A stretch of 63,949 nt of DNA, the filler included, from Octopus bimaculoides (Eukaryota): assembly GCF_001194135.2 (NCBI RefSeq). It is 7 parts of 7 records of this genome, joined end to end, with 100 filler letters (N's around TTAATTAATTAA, not from the genome) between each part and the next. Parts side by side here need not be neighbours in the genome. Positions count along the whole stretch, not along the records: positions 34,600 to 57,359 come from NC_068985.1; positions 57,460 to 61,166 come from NC_068991.1; positions 61,267 to 63,949 come from NW_026393577.1; 4 more parts are not named here. One strand, 5' to 3'. The position numbers and the translations under genes were made by a program. The notes beneath the pieces are model-generated. The model saw only the letters and a program-made list of their open reading frames with translations. It was not told the origin of the DNA and did not search any database. Shown piece by piece: positions 53,440-63,949 of the stretch. Numbering within the stretch: the stretch's first letter is position 1; each line of letters begins with the position of its first letter.

Positions 53440-54420
53440 TTAGTATTTTATCTTTTCTTCATACTGGTTCACATATTACATTCATATCTGCCCTAGATCT
53501 GCTTAGGAGTTTATTGTGTACAATCATATGCAGCCTCTTTTAATTTTCGTACTTTCTTTCCAGTGGTGTACTCTGTGGATTATTTTAACTTCATCCCACA
53601 GAGGGAGTTGGTCTCCGTTTTTCCATACATGATCGACTTTACCCGATTTTCCAACATCCCCTCGTGTCACAGCTTTACGATTGTCTTCTACCCTTACTTT
53701 AATGGGAGACATGTTTCGCTTTTGTATACCGTATCACAACTGCATGGGATAGAGTGCACGCAGTTTTTCGTCATACTCTCTTCTATGGGCGGTTTTACTC
53801 GGAGAAGATATTTGCGAAATATTGTATCCCTTCTGAATACTGTCCTTATGTCATAAGGACCGCATATCTTTTGTATTTTTCCGAGCTCCCTTTGACATAG
53901 TGTAGACAAGCGGTTCACAGTTTATGGGCTTCATCATCTCTCCTCTTTCTAATTTGAGTGGATAGTATGTTCTTTGGGTAGCTATTGCACAGCAGATTGT
54001 TTCTTAGCCTGATCATTTCTTCTTGGTGTGTATCAGGATCGCAAATTATAACCTTTGCTCGAAGCGTTAGGCACTGAGCAATCACTCTGTTTATATTGTA
54101 TGGATGTTGGGAATTGAAGCTGCGGTATTGTCCAATGAAGGTTGGCTTGCTGTATACGGATGTCCTGAAATCTATACTCAGAGCGTGTAATTAATACGTC
54201 CTGTAATACTAGCTGATTGTCCTTTTCCTTTTCTATTGTGAACTGTATGGATAGCTTTATTGAGTTCACATAATCTAGTAGTACTTGGATATCCTCTTGT
54301 TGGGGACAAAGTATGATGGTGTCATCAACATATCGAAGCCATAGGGTTGGCTTTCATGGTGTTGATCCTAAAGCCAAATTCTCAAAATATTCCATGTATA
54401 TAACTTAGGAATGAGAACTA
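53440..54420 (-). mobile_element. Penelope-like element (Penelope/Poseidon type): RT C-terminal half plus GIY-YIG endonuclease, degenerate
   Basis: Minus strand WLRYVDDTI; NSIKLSIQFTIEKEKDNQL..DVLITR; NCVHSIPCSCDTVYKSET..PLKVRVEDNRKAV...LWDEVKII...HHWK. Confidence 0.9.
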
Positions 54421-55439
54421 ATGTTTAAAGATACAAGTGATCACTAAAGATTTCCAGGTTTAGTTTGGTTGAATTATTGTCTTAGGCCGATGAAACTTTG
54501 AAATCTTTCCCCGTTAGAATGAAAATATTTTAGTGACACTTTATATTACTATTGTTAGCTACTCTGACTTGTTAGCCATTGGTTGAGAACGTATTCCTTT
54601 CAGCGACAACGCGATCTATTGTTGCGCTTGTTCTTGTAGTTATTATTATGTCGCTGTTTAGTTCAAATCAGCCATTATTAAGCAGGCATAAAATCGAAGG
54701 CGTTCTAGCTGTAAACATTAATGAAAGCGTATAGTATTCCTTGTTGGAAGTGTTATTTTATTATTAATATATTTTAATGTGTCTTCAGATTTACATTATA
54801 ATGCTCCATGCATATTACTATCACACTTGAATATCATTGAAATATTCAATATCACATAGTGATGTTTACAACTGCTTATTTCACTCTTTCTTCTTCTTCT
54901 TCAGTAGTATGATATTATGTCACAATATAATTATGAAATGGTGAATGTTAATATATGTACAGTTAGTGAGAATACTGATAGTTATATGGAAGATGATGAA
55001 AAAAAAACTGTCGACAAGGGAAAACAAACGCTGAAAATAAGTAAGGAAATATTCGGTAGAATATGCTAGAAGCAACTAAAATTTGTCGAATAAAATTCAA
55101 GAAATGGGCAATAATTACTAGGGGAGTTTCAGGGCTCTCCTCCCTAGACAAACTTACTATAAATCTTTGCTGGTAAAGGATATGTAAAGTCACTGCTTGT
55201 GTTCAAATACCCATTGACAGCATTTGTGTATTCCCAGATAAAGACTGAAGTATTACAGGTGCTGACATTGAAATAATTTCTAAGTCTTGTCGTTAGATAT
55301 AACATAGCTTCAACGCATTATAAGAGGATAATTTTAAAGTATGCTTGAAAAACTGATACTGTAAAACTCGAGATAAGCCAATATGACTTCAGGAGACAAA
55401 AATAAGGGCAGCCGTAGGAAAATCATTCTTTCATTTAGT

Positions 55440-55634
55440 AATCCTTTCTACTAAACATTGGGGGACGGAACTAGTCAATTATATCGACCCTAGTGTTTCA
55501 CTGGTAATTATTTAATCGACCCCAAAAGGAGGAAAGGCAAAGTCGACCGCAGCGGAATTTGAACTCAGGACGTAAAGACGAACGAAGCGCCACAAAGCGT
55601 TTTGCCCGATCTGCTAACGATTCTGCCAGCTCGC
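55440..55634 (-). mobile_element. SINE S1
   Basis: Reverse complement of GCGAGCTGGCAGAATCGTTAGCAG...GTTCAAATTCCGCTGCGGTCGACTTTGCCTTTCC... Confidence 0.85.
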
Positions 55635-57010
55635 AGCATTTTTTTCTTTCATTTAAAAATGACAGCAGTTGCAGGAAAAACAATGTTCAATGTGTCTCAC
55701 GTTCTATGGAAATATAAAAACCGTTTGTTCACATCAGAATACCGTTGAAAATATTTCTACTCTGAAGAAAAATTGACCGTTTATTCGCTCCTACGTTGCT
55801 TGTGACATCAACAATACTTCAAATATGTCTGAATTGATGAAAACAACACCTTTTACAATTAGCTGCTTACGTGCTGAGTCTCAAGGTGCTTGTTTCTGGC
55901 TAAATAGTCCCAAACTGAAGGTTTAATGACATTTGCTTGTCATTTTCGCAATCTGTCTATTGCACATTTATTAACTTTAAACAATACAAGACATTAAGGA
56001 TATGATATTGTTCTCCCTTCCTCTATTTTCAGTACAGAAGCTTTGTCTTTTTGCAATGTTGACACTAGACGGCAGACAAGCATACTCTATAGCAATGTCC
56101 TTCAAATGCATTCTAAATTGGGGATATTATTATCTAATATGCTTTAACAATAAAGATCTGCAATCAACGAAAGGGAATTGTACTTCATACGCATTAAACA
56201 ATATCCAATTAGAGCAATTAATTATTATATATTATATATCTGATTGAAGTATTAGGACTGGTAGTCTCTGATGGCCACCCATATTTACATAACATATCAT
56301 ATTCAATATTGCGAAATTGCGTAATATATTCGATATTGTCAAACTGCGTCTTAAAGTTCTAAATGGTCAGGGAATGCTTCAGATCTCACAAGTGATTGTT
56401 GAATCACCAAAATATCTAATACTTTCCTCACAAACGTGCAAACAAATGTGGTTGCTCTCTCACAACTACTATATCGTTTCTCAAACGATATATGTACCAG
56501 CATTTCGCACAAATCAGGTCGATTTGATAACAATTTATTCCGTATGGAAAACATAACCCAAGAGCTGTATTACAATCTTCCATTCATACCTCTCTCTTCA
56601 GTAGTGATTCTCTCCTTACACCTTGCATCGACAACACTGTTTTTCCTATATACAACGGGGAATATAGTTCTATAAAATTTCGGTGCTCCAAAAGATTTCT
56701 CAACAATCATATTCATACTGTGCACCTTCATTATCGACTATAGTTGAAAAGAAGAGTACAAGAACGTATAGAGTGACATACATATATATGTCCATGCACG
56801 TATATTTACTCACTCTTTTTCTGGCTATATTTCTATACATTTCCTTCCAACATATAACTGTAAACTAAAACAAATTAATGATGATAAAAACGTTACTGCG
56901 AGTGATGCTGTTGACGCTGCTGCTGCTGCTACTGCTGCCGCTGAACAAAATGGCGTAGTTGATTATTATTAGTTAGTTGTTGATGTTGTTCTTCTTGCTA
57001 TTGCCATTGC

Positions 57011-57359
57011 TATTATAATTATTATTATTATTATTCAGTAGTTTTATTTTTATAACGTGCTTTCACTTCACTACCGAGCGCAGCTCTGTGCGCCTTGGGT
57101 ATGTGCTGTGGTTTGCTGTGGTGCTCTTAAGTTTACTGTATTGAAAGTGTTTTGCGTAGAATGTGTGCAGTACCCAGTAGTGCAATTTTCTGTATGTTAT
57201 ATATATTTGTAAGTCCTGGTGTTTTTGTTATGTATTTGTCTGAATATTTTTTTTATTATACCTAAGGCACCTACTATGATAGGAATTGTTTCTGTTTTTA
57301 GATTCCACATTCGAGTTATCTCTATTTCCAGGTCTTTGTATTTTGAAAGTTTTTCCATT
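57011..57359 (-). mobile_element. R4/Dong-clade 3' end: restriction-like endonuclease C-terminus, 3' UTR, (TAA)n tail
   Basis: EKLSKYKDLEIEITRMWNLKTETIPIIVGALG / NIQKIALLGTAHILRKTL. 3'-UTR stem-loop at 57072-57101 (GCGCA-GCTCTG-TGCGC core). (TAA)n tail at 57011-57035. Confidence 0.9.
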
Positions 57360-57459
57360 NNNNNNNNNNNNNNNNNNNNNNNNNNNNNNNNNNNNNNNNN
57401 NNNTTAATTAATTAANNNNNNNNNNNNNNNNNNNNNNNNNNNNNNNNNNNNNNNNNNNN

Positions 57460-60090
57460 ACTCCTTTCTTCTGCGTTTTGCTTCCTCATTTCGTTGTCTG
57501 CCCTGCTCAAAGGAGCTGGCTCCATTGCGGATAACAGTCCTCCAGGCTGTCCTATCCATGGTAATCTGTTCCCATGAGGATGGCTGGATGTTAGCTTGAG
57601 CCAAGGTCCGTTTGAGCTGGTCTTTAAAACGGAATTTCGGACTTCTTCTGGGTCTTGTTCCGATTGCAAGTTCTCCGTAGAGCATGATCCTTGGGAGACG
57701 AGAGTGCTCCATACGCTGGACGTGACCTGCCCAGCGGAGACGATGGCGAAGAATGGTGGCTGCGACACTTATTTGTGAGGCAACGGCGAAGAACCTCGTT
57801 GTTGGTAACGTGATCTTCCCATTGTATGTTGAGGATCTGTCGTAGCTTTGATTGATGGAAGCATTCAAGGCGCTTGAAGTCACGGCGGTACAATGTCCAA
57901 GTCTCACAAGCGTAGAACTGACTGGACAATGGCACGGAAGACCATGATCTTTATCCGGATAGTTAGCTCGTGATTGAAGAATACACGCTGGCTGAGTCTG
58001 CCGAAGACGGAGTGGGCCGCCCAATCCGGTTCTCCACATCCTTTTCACACGTGGGGGTTTTCGAAAGGATACTTCCAAGGTATGTGAAGTGTTCAACTTC
58101 TCGGGGCTGGCCGTTGATGCTAATGCTTGTGGGTGGACTGTTCTGGCCTGGTACAAGTTGGATCAGTGTCTTGATCTTTAATATGTTTACCTGCATCCCG
58201 AACCGTCCTTTGTAGGCCATCTGCGATCCGGCTGGGAGTGGCATTGTCGTCGGCATACTCCATCTCATGGACTGAGATGGCGGAGGTCCTCGTCTTTGCA
58301 TATTGATGGAAGGCGAGTCTTGTGGGATTTCGTTGAACATGGCGGCCATGTACAAAGAGAAACAGGTTGGTGCAAGGACGCATCCTTGCTTAAGACCCCT
58401 CAGTAATGGGAAACGGGTCTGTGAGGGCATTTTGATGGCATACCCAACCCACCATGCTGTTGTGAAGGGAGAGGACCAGGGCAATGAAGTCCTCTGGACA
58501 TCCAAACCAGGCAAGGACTGGGAACCTTGTCAAAGGCTTTCTTTAGATCCCAGAAGAAGAACATTGCAAGCTGTTGTTGTTCCTGACTCTTCTGGAGTTG
58601 ACGGGCACAAAGATCATGTCGATTGTGTCTCGAGAGGGTCGAAAGCCACGCTGGGACTCAGGGAAGACGTCTTCCGCGAGGATGAAGAGGCGATTGAGTA
58701 GGATACAATCGAAGATCATACTTGCAATACTCAGGAGTAAGATGCCCCGATAGTTGTTGCAATCCTTTTGGTTTTCCTTCTTGTAGAGGGTGGTAATTGC
58801 ATCGCAGAAGTCGTTCGGGGGGAGGGTTGTCTTGCTTTCCCATATTTTCAGGATAAAGAGCATCAAATGAATTTTCAGCTCAGGACCTCCGTGCGTGAAA
58901 AACTCAAACGGGATGTTGTCTGGTCCTGGAGCTTCCCTCGGCTTTGTGCACACAAGTACCTTGTTGAACTCATGGCGTGAGGTGGACAGGGACATCCAAT
59001 GGCAGATGTGGAGCTGTGGGGTGTTTTGGAGGAGATCGTCAGGAATGCGTGAGTGGTCACTTGAAATGAGACTTCCAGCGATCGAGGATTCCCTGGGAGT
59101 CGGTTATCGTTGAGTCATCAGGCGCTCACTGACGGAAGTAGGGACGAGTCTGTGTTGGTCCACGAGTTGCGTTTAGATGGCAAGGCCAACTCCATGGATG
59201 CGTGGTTCATTAGGATTCTTCCCCTTAAAAAATATGGTGTATTTGGAGCTTCTCTAATGCTGCCTTCTCCGGGAAGCTTAGTCTCGCTCAAGGCTGCCAC
59301 GTCGATGCTGAAGCGGGCAAGTTCCTTGCAGACGAGGTCTGTACGTCGCTCTGGTCGATTAATGTCATTCTTGTCCTGGAGAGTGCAGATGTTCCAGGCC
59401 CCGAAGGTGAGAGGTTGTGAAACAGAGGATTTAGTAGAGTTCCGACCGCCAGATCGAGTTGCCGTGTCCGATGTTTACCCCCACATTTTCTAGGGCCTTC
59501 TCCTCGAGGGGTGGGCTGTGGTAATCCTAAAGAGGTTAGCCCAGTCATGAGTCTAGCTGCCTAACTCCAATGTCACAGCTATTCATTGGAGAACGACCAT
59601 CTGAGATTCGCCGCCAATGTGTGGTCACGGACTAGAGGCTTCCAGCTTTCCAGACCTCCGGTGCCCACGATACTATCGACATTGAGCTTTTTGAGACAGA
59701 TTAGAAAGACAAAGCCATGCACTGAGTAAATTGTTTGAGGTGATCGTGGCTGCACGACGGCCACGCGCACGCACTTGGCCAGGAACTTCTCCACTGCAGT
59801 TCAAGGCTGGTTGCAGCGAGCTGCCGGAGTATATCCGCCTTTGTCACGCCTGCCCGCCAGGCGTTGCCCTCTTCCGCCGAAGTCAATCCTTGGGGGCTTG
59901 AGATAGCCCTCCTCCGCCGTTGGGGTCTTGATGTTGGTGTTTGGTTGTGTTTAGTCTGGGACCTCATCCTCGACCTGGCCTTACCAGGAGTCTAAGACTC
60001 CAGACGGCATTGCTCTCAGAATCATTGGAACACACAAGCTCTTCCACCACGACAAAGGGACGACCATCTCTTCTCAGGGTACATCCACGC
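57460..60090 (-). mobile_element. RTE-clade LINE, near full length but internally deleted and frameshifted (5' UTR, APE N-terminal part, RT, C-terminal domain)
   Basis: LTFGAWNICTL...IDVAALSETKLPGEG (APE); APGPDNIP, NYRGILLLS, ESQRGFRPSRDTIDMIF, GLKQGCVLAP, EMEYADD (RT); LRWAGHVQRM...LPRIMLYGEL...RFKDQLK. The APE C-terminal half and linker are missing at about 59105. Confidence 0.95.
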
Positions 60091-60309
60091 ATTTAACAGG
60101 AAAAAACGTTTCTGTTATAAGGCGTCAGTCAAAGTGTTTTTAATTACTTATGGCTCCATTCTTTTTATTTTTATTTTACTAAAATAATACAAGTCTGGTA
60201 AATTTAAGAAAACTATTTAATTAACTGGTGGATACTTAAGCCCTCGAGAATTGTTTAGCTACATATCAGCTTTGAACGAACTGATCTACGATTAACATGG
60301 GCTGTTACC

Positions 60310-61110
60310 ATATTGTCCTTTCGGCGGTCTTTCGCCGAAAAATCGCCGCACTTTCAGTTGTATAATCTGTTTCAATAAATTTGCAAAAGTTGTGCTAATA
60401 GACATACTTCAAGGTCGCGGCAGACAAATGGAAAAAGCGTTGCCCCAGAGGATGACGAGGGAGGTGGACTAGTACAGACACACTGACTCATGGGGGCTCG
60501 CACTTGCGGATAGGTATTTAATTTAAAACCCAAATTAATCATGTTGAAGATGAATTGTGATATCGGAGCTTTTAGTCAAGAAGATCTTGATAAATTTGAG
60601 AAAATAGATATTTTCTAATCACATTATTTACAAATACCTTTCAGATAGTGTAGATCCTAATTTTTTCGGAACTTAATTGTTTTCTTTTCCTTTTATTTAT
60701 TTTTTTTTTACGTCTAACTCCGGCATAACTACAGATATGTACCCTCCACCCACCACGAATTTGTTGCCTCGTAACTTCCAAAAAAATGGATACTTTTTGA
60801 TGAAATTTTCAACAAATAATCACTTAGATCCTGCAGATTGAGTGTATGTAAAGATTTATTGGAAAAAGTTTTCTGAGGTGTTGGGGAGAGTAGTTTCGGA
60901 AAATTGACACAACCCGACATTTTTCTCCTCGTAACTTTCGGGAAAATGGGTATTTTTTAATGAAATTTTATACAAATACCTTCCAAACGGTGTAGATTAC
61001 GATTACAAAGAAATTTGTAGGCAAAATGTTTTGGAAGGGGGCGGGTTCTGGAAAACGGAGTTTCGGATCAGACGGCCCACATAAGTTGGAATTTCTCCGT
61101 TTTGACGGGG
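60310..61110. repeat. Degenerate about 160-180-bp tandem units plus a GC hairpin; possible non-autonomous Helitron-like element
   Basis: CCTCGTAACTT...ATGAAATTTT..ACAAATA at 60767 and 60927, with a partial third copy at about 60631. Hairpin TTTCGGCG-GTCTTT-CGCCGAAA at 60319-60340. Confidence 0.5.
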
Positions 61111-61718
61111 ATTTTTTCCAATTTTTTCCTTCAGCACAATCTCCGGAATGATGGAAAGCATCTTTTNNNNNNNNNNNNNNNNNNNNNNNNNNNNNNNNNN
61201 NNNNNNNNNNTTAATTAATTAANNNNNNNNNNNNNNNNNNNNNNNNNNNNNNNNNNNNNNNNNNNNATAATAATAATAATACAGGGTAGACGTACGAAAG
61301 TAACAAATAGTAATTTGAAACGATAGACGAAGACAATAAACAAATAATGCCTTAGGGCCAAATACGAGATTATCTATTTAGATGCAAATATAGGTGTGTT
61401 AGCATCTTCCAGCCACTGCTTGGGTGGAACAATTTATGATTTAACTCCTGGAACAAATCCTTAAATGGATATAAAGAACAGAATTGAGGAGTGAGGAGAA
61501 AAAAGTTGATTTGAACACAACATTTCTACTGAAGTGGGCGCCAGTCGCAGGGTTCAGTTTTGAGGGAAGGGGCATGTCGATTACAACAACACCAATACTT
61601 GACTAGTACTTTATTTTTATCGGACGGGGCAGAAGATTTCTATTTTTTCTTGTTAACCTTTCGAGGTTATTTTTTGATAATTATTTTTCTTGTCAACTGT
61701 GACAAGCTTTAATACATT

Positions 61719-62860
61719 ATGAAATTTGAACTAGCTTCAAAGACCGACTTTCCCGAGATGGGAGAAGGTAATAATACTGTTACAACCAAGGACAAAAATA
61801 CTGTTACAACCAAGGACAACCAGGCAAAACAAAGCTTTTCTGACGCCATGGGCGGCAATGTAATTGAACTGGAAGTAGCTATGGAGAAGCTCCCCCAGTT
61901 CAGAAACTTAATTGAAAAAAAAGGTGAAATAACAAAGTTGATACCGCCCCCTGAGACTATCGAAGCTATTAAAAAAAAAACCGTGGTCTACAAAGTGTAC
62001 AACTTAAAGGAAAAGAAAATTATGGACGTTAAGAACGAAATTGTTGAACGGTGCTTATCTCCAATTTGGAAGAAAATTCGCTACGTTTGCCGAGGAGTGA
62101 AGAGCGCAACAATAGAAGCACACTTCGAGTCGGAAAACGTAGTGAAAGAGGTGTCAACCCAGACACTTAAAAACGAGCAAATAATGCTGCTGCCTACGTA
62201 CTTAGGCCGCAGAACGGCGAAAATTACGGTGGAAGAAATTCCCGATGGTTATGACGTGTATTGGGTAGCAACTGCTATTATCTACGACGCAGAAGGGAAG
62301 CCGTCGATTCTAAGTATGAAAAAGAAAGAGGCAACAAATTGAAAGGATCAAAGGCTTGAAATGGTCATTCAGACTGCTAATACAATCCTCAAAAATTTAC
62401 CAGATAGAGTCTTCGTAGGGGAGGGGCATACCATACGTGTATCGGTAGAAGGACGTAGGCCTAAATGCTTTAAATGCAGGCAGAAGGGCCACGTTCGCTC
62501 CGCCTGCACAAAAAAAAATGGCTGATGCCCCTCCCCAAAGCGCTGTGATAAATACAGACAAAAGCGCTGTGATAAACACAGATAAACATAAACCCGACGC
62601 TGCAACAACCAAGGAAAATCCAGAAAAAAACCTTGAAAACCAAAAGGAGGAAAAAAAGAAGAACGAAAAACAAAATAAGGACGAAAGCGAGGAGGAGGAG
62701 AGCCAGGTGAATGAAGGTGAAATGGATTTCACGACGGTTACAAACAAAAGAAAAAAATCCAATCCCCCGGACTCCCCACCTCAAACCAAAAAAATTAACA
62801 ACAATGACGAACAACATAAAAAAGAATTCCCTAAGCCTACCCTGCTGGCACTACATTGAC
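61719..62860 (+). pseudogene. L1/Tx1-type LINE ORF1 (gag-like, CCHC zinc knuckle), one nonsense and one homopolymer frameshift
   Basis: The ORF 61719-62342 continues in frame after TGA (62340) to C-F-K-C-R-Q-K-G-H-V-R-S-A-C (62466-62507; CX2CX4HX4C). It shifts at the A9 run (62510-62518) into a K/E-rich tail. Confidence 0.88.
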
Positions 62861-63261
62861 AGGCCNNNNNNNNNNNNNNNNNNNNNNNNNNNNNNNNNNN
62901 NNNNNNNNNNNNNNNNNNNNNNNNNNNNNNNNNNNNNNNNNNNNNNNNNNNNNNNNNNNNNNNNNNNNNNNNNNNNNNNNNNNNNNNNNNNNNNNNNNNN
63001 NNNNNNNNNNNNNNNNNNNNNNNNNNNNNNNNNNNNNNNNNNNNNNNNNNNNNNNNNNNNNNNNNNNNNNNNNNNNNNNNNNNNNNNNNNNNNNNNNNNN
63101 NNNNNNNNNNNNNNNNNNNNNNNNNNNNNNNNNNNNNNNNNNNNNNNNNNNNNNNNNNNNNNNNNNNNNNNNNNNNNNNNNNNNNNNNNNNNNNNNNNNN
63201 NNNNNNNNNNNNNNNNNNNNNNNNNNNNNNNNNNNNNNNNNNNNNNNNNNNNNNNNNNNNN

Positions 63262-63949
63262 ATTAAGTTAGGATATTTAAATGTTCGTGGAATGGGGTCG
63301 AAATGGAAACAGGCTTGTTTTCTGGACGACCTCATTTCACATAGAATAGATGTGGCTGTGATCATCGAGTCCAAGATGAAGGAACCTGAAGCGTTCTCAC
63401 CCCTCCTCAATGGTTACGAGAAATTTATTTCTCCGAGCCGGAGGGGAGGTGCAGGCGTGGCAGTCCTTATCAAGAAAAACTTGGATTTACAGATATGCCC
63501 TGTCTTTCTAGACCCAGAAGGTAGGCTGGTCGTCCTAGATGTAACACATGAAAGTAAGCAGTCCTTCAGGTTGGTAGCTGCCTATGCTCCTAACGGACAG
63601 GGAAGTCGGTTTTTTTTCGGAACCTGGAGTACTTTTTATTGACGTCTAAAACTATAGTTTTGCTAGGAGACTTCAACACTATTCTCGATGCACGCGTCGA
63701 TAGTGTAGACTCCACGGATAGGAAAGGGAATCCTTGCCTCAAGGGTCTGCTAGAGAGCTTTAATCTAGTAGACCGCTACCGACTGGATGAGCCGAGCGTT
63801 CCACAGTGGACGTGGAGTAATAACGACGGCTCACTCAAATCGTACATAGACAGAATTTTTGTTAAGGAAAGAGATAAGCATAGCTTAAGCTGTCCACATT
63901 TTTGTATTGTGCCTTACACGGATCACAAACTTGTGACGTGTGAGGTTCA
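63262..63949 (+). CDS. L1/Tx1-type LINE ORF2 N-terminus, APE endonuclease (one frameshift at T8 63610-63617; runs off window end)
   Basis: IKLGYLNVRG; GVAVLIKK; DPEGRLVVLDV; AYAPN; after the shift VLLGDFN, WTWSN..., SYIDRIFV, YTDHKLV. These are the catalytic motifs of LINE APE domains. Confidence 0.92.

Overview
Repeat-dominated, AT-rich eukaryotic genomic DNA, most likely a coleoid cephalopod of the Octopus type. This is inferred from the extreme (AT)n/(GT)n/(TAA)n microsatellite load and the tRNA-headed SINE families; it was not database-checked. About a fifth of the window is N gaps. Six 100-bp N44-TTAATTAATTAA-N44 linkers show the window is a concatenation of seven assembly pieces, so adjacency across them is not guaranteed. 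I could not support any host protein-coding gene, rRNA, true tRNA or CRISPR array; nearly all ORF-track entries are microsatellite or gap read-through. Recognisable by translated motifs: two L1/Tx1-type LINEs (one young, with a CCHC-knuckle ORF1 and an APE ORF2), a near full-length internally deleted RTE LINE plus an RTE fragment, two R4/Dong pieces, three Penelope-like GIY-YIG remnants (two followed by hammerhead-ribozyme-like cores), a Gypsy pol remnant with PPT and a 196-bp LTR, one Tc1 and one mariner transposase remnant, two mariner-type MITEs, and about 19 SINE copies. The features most worth follow-up are: a perfect 40-bp inverted repeat 1.5 kb apart (27339-27378 / 28900-28939) with no TSD and decayed DNA between the arms; a perfect 17-bp-stem hairpin at 32767-32858; combinatorial head/tail swapping among the SINEs; the Penelope-associated hammerhead motifs; and two TGCA-dense islands. 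None of these is demonstrated to be a new biological system; each is a hypothesis with a stated test.
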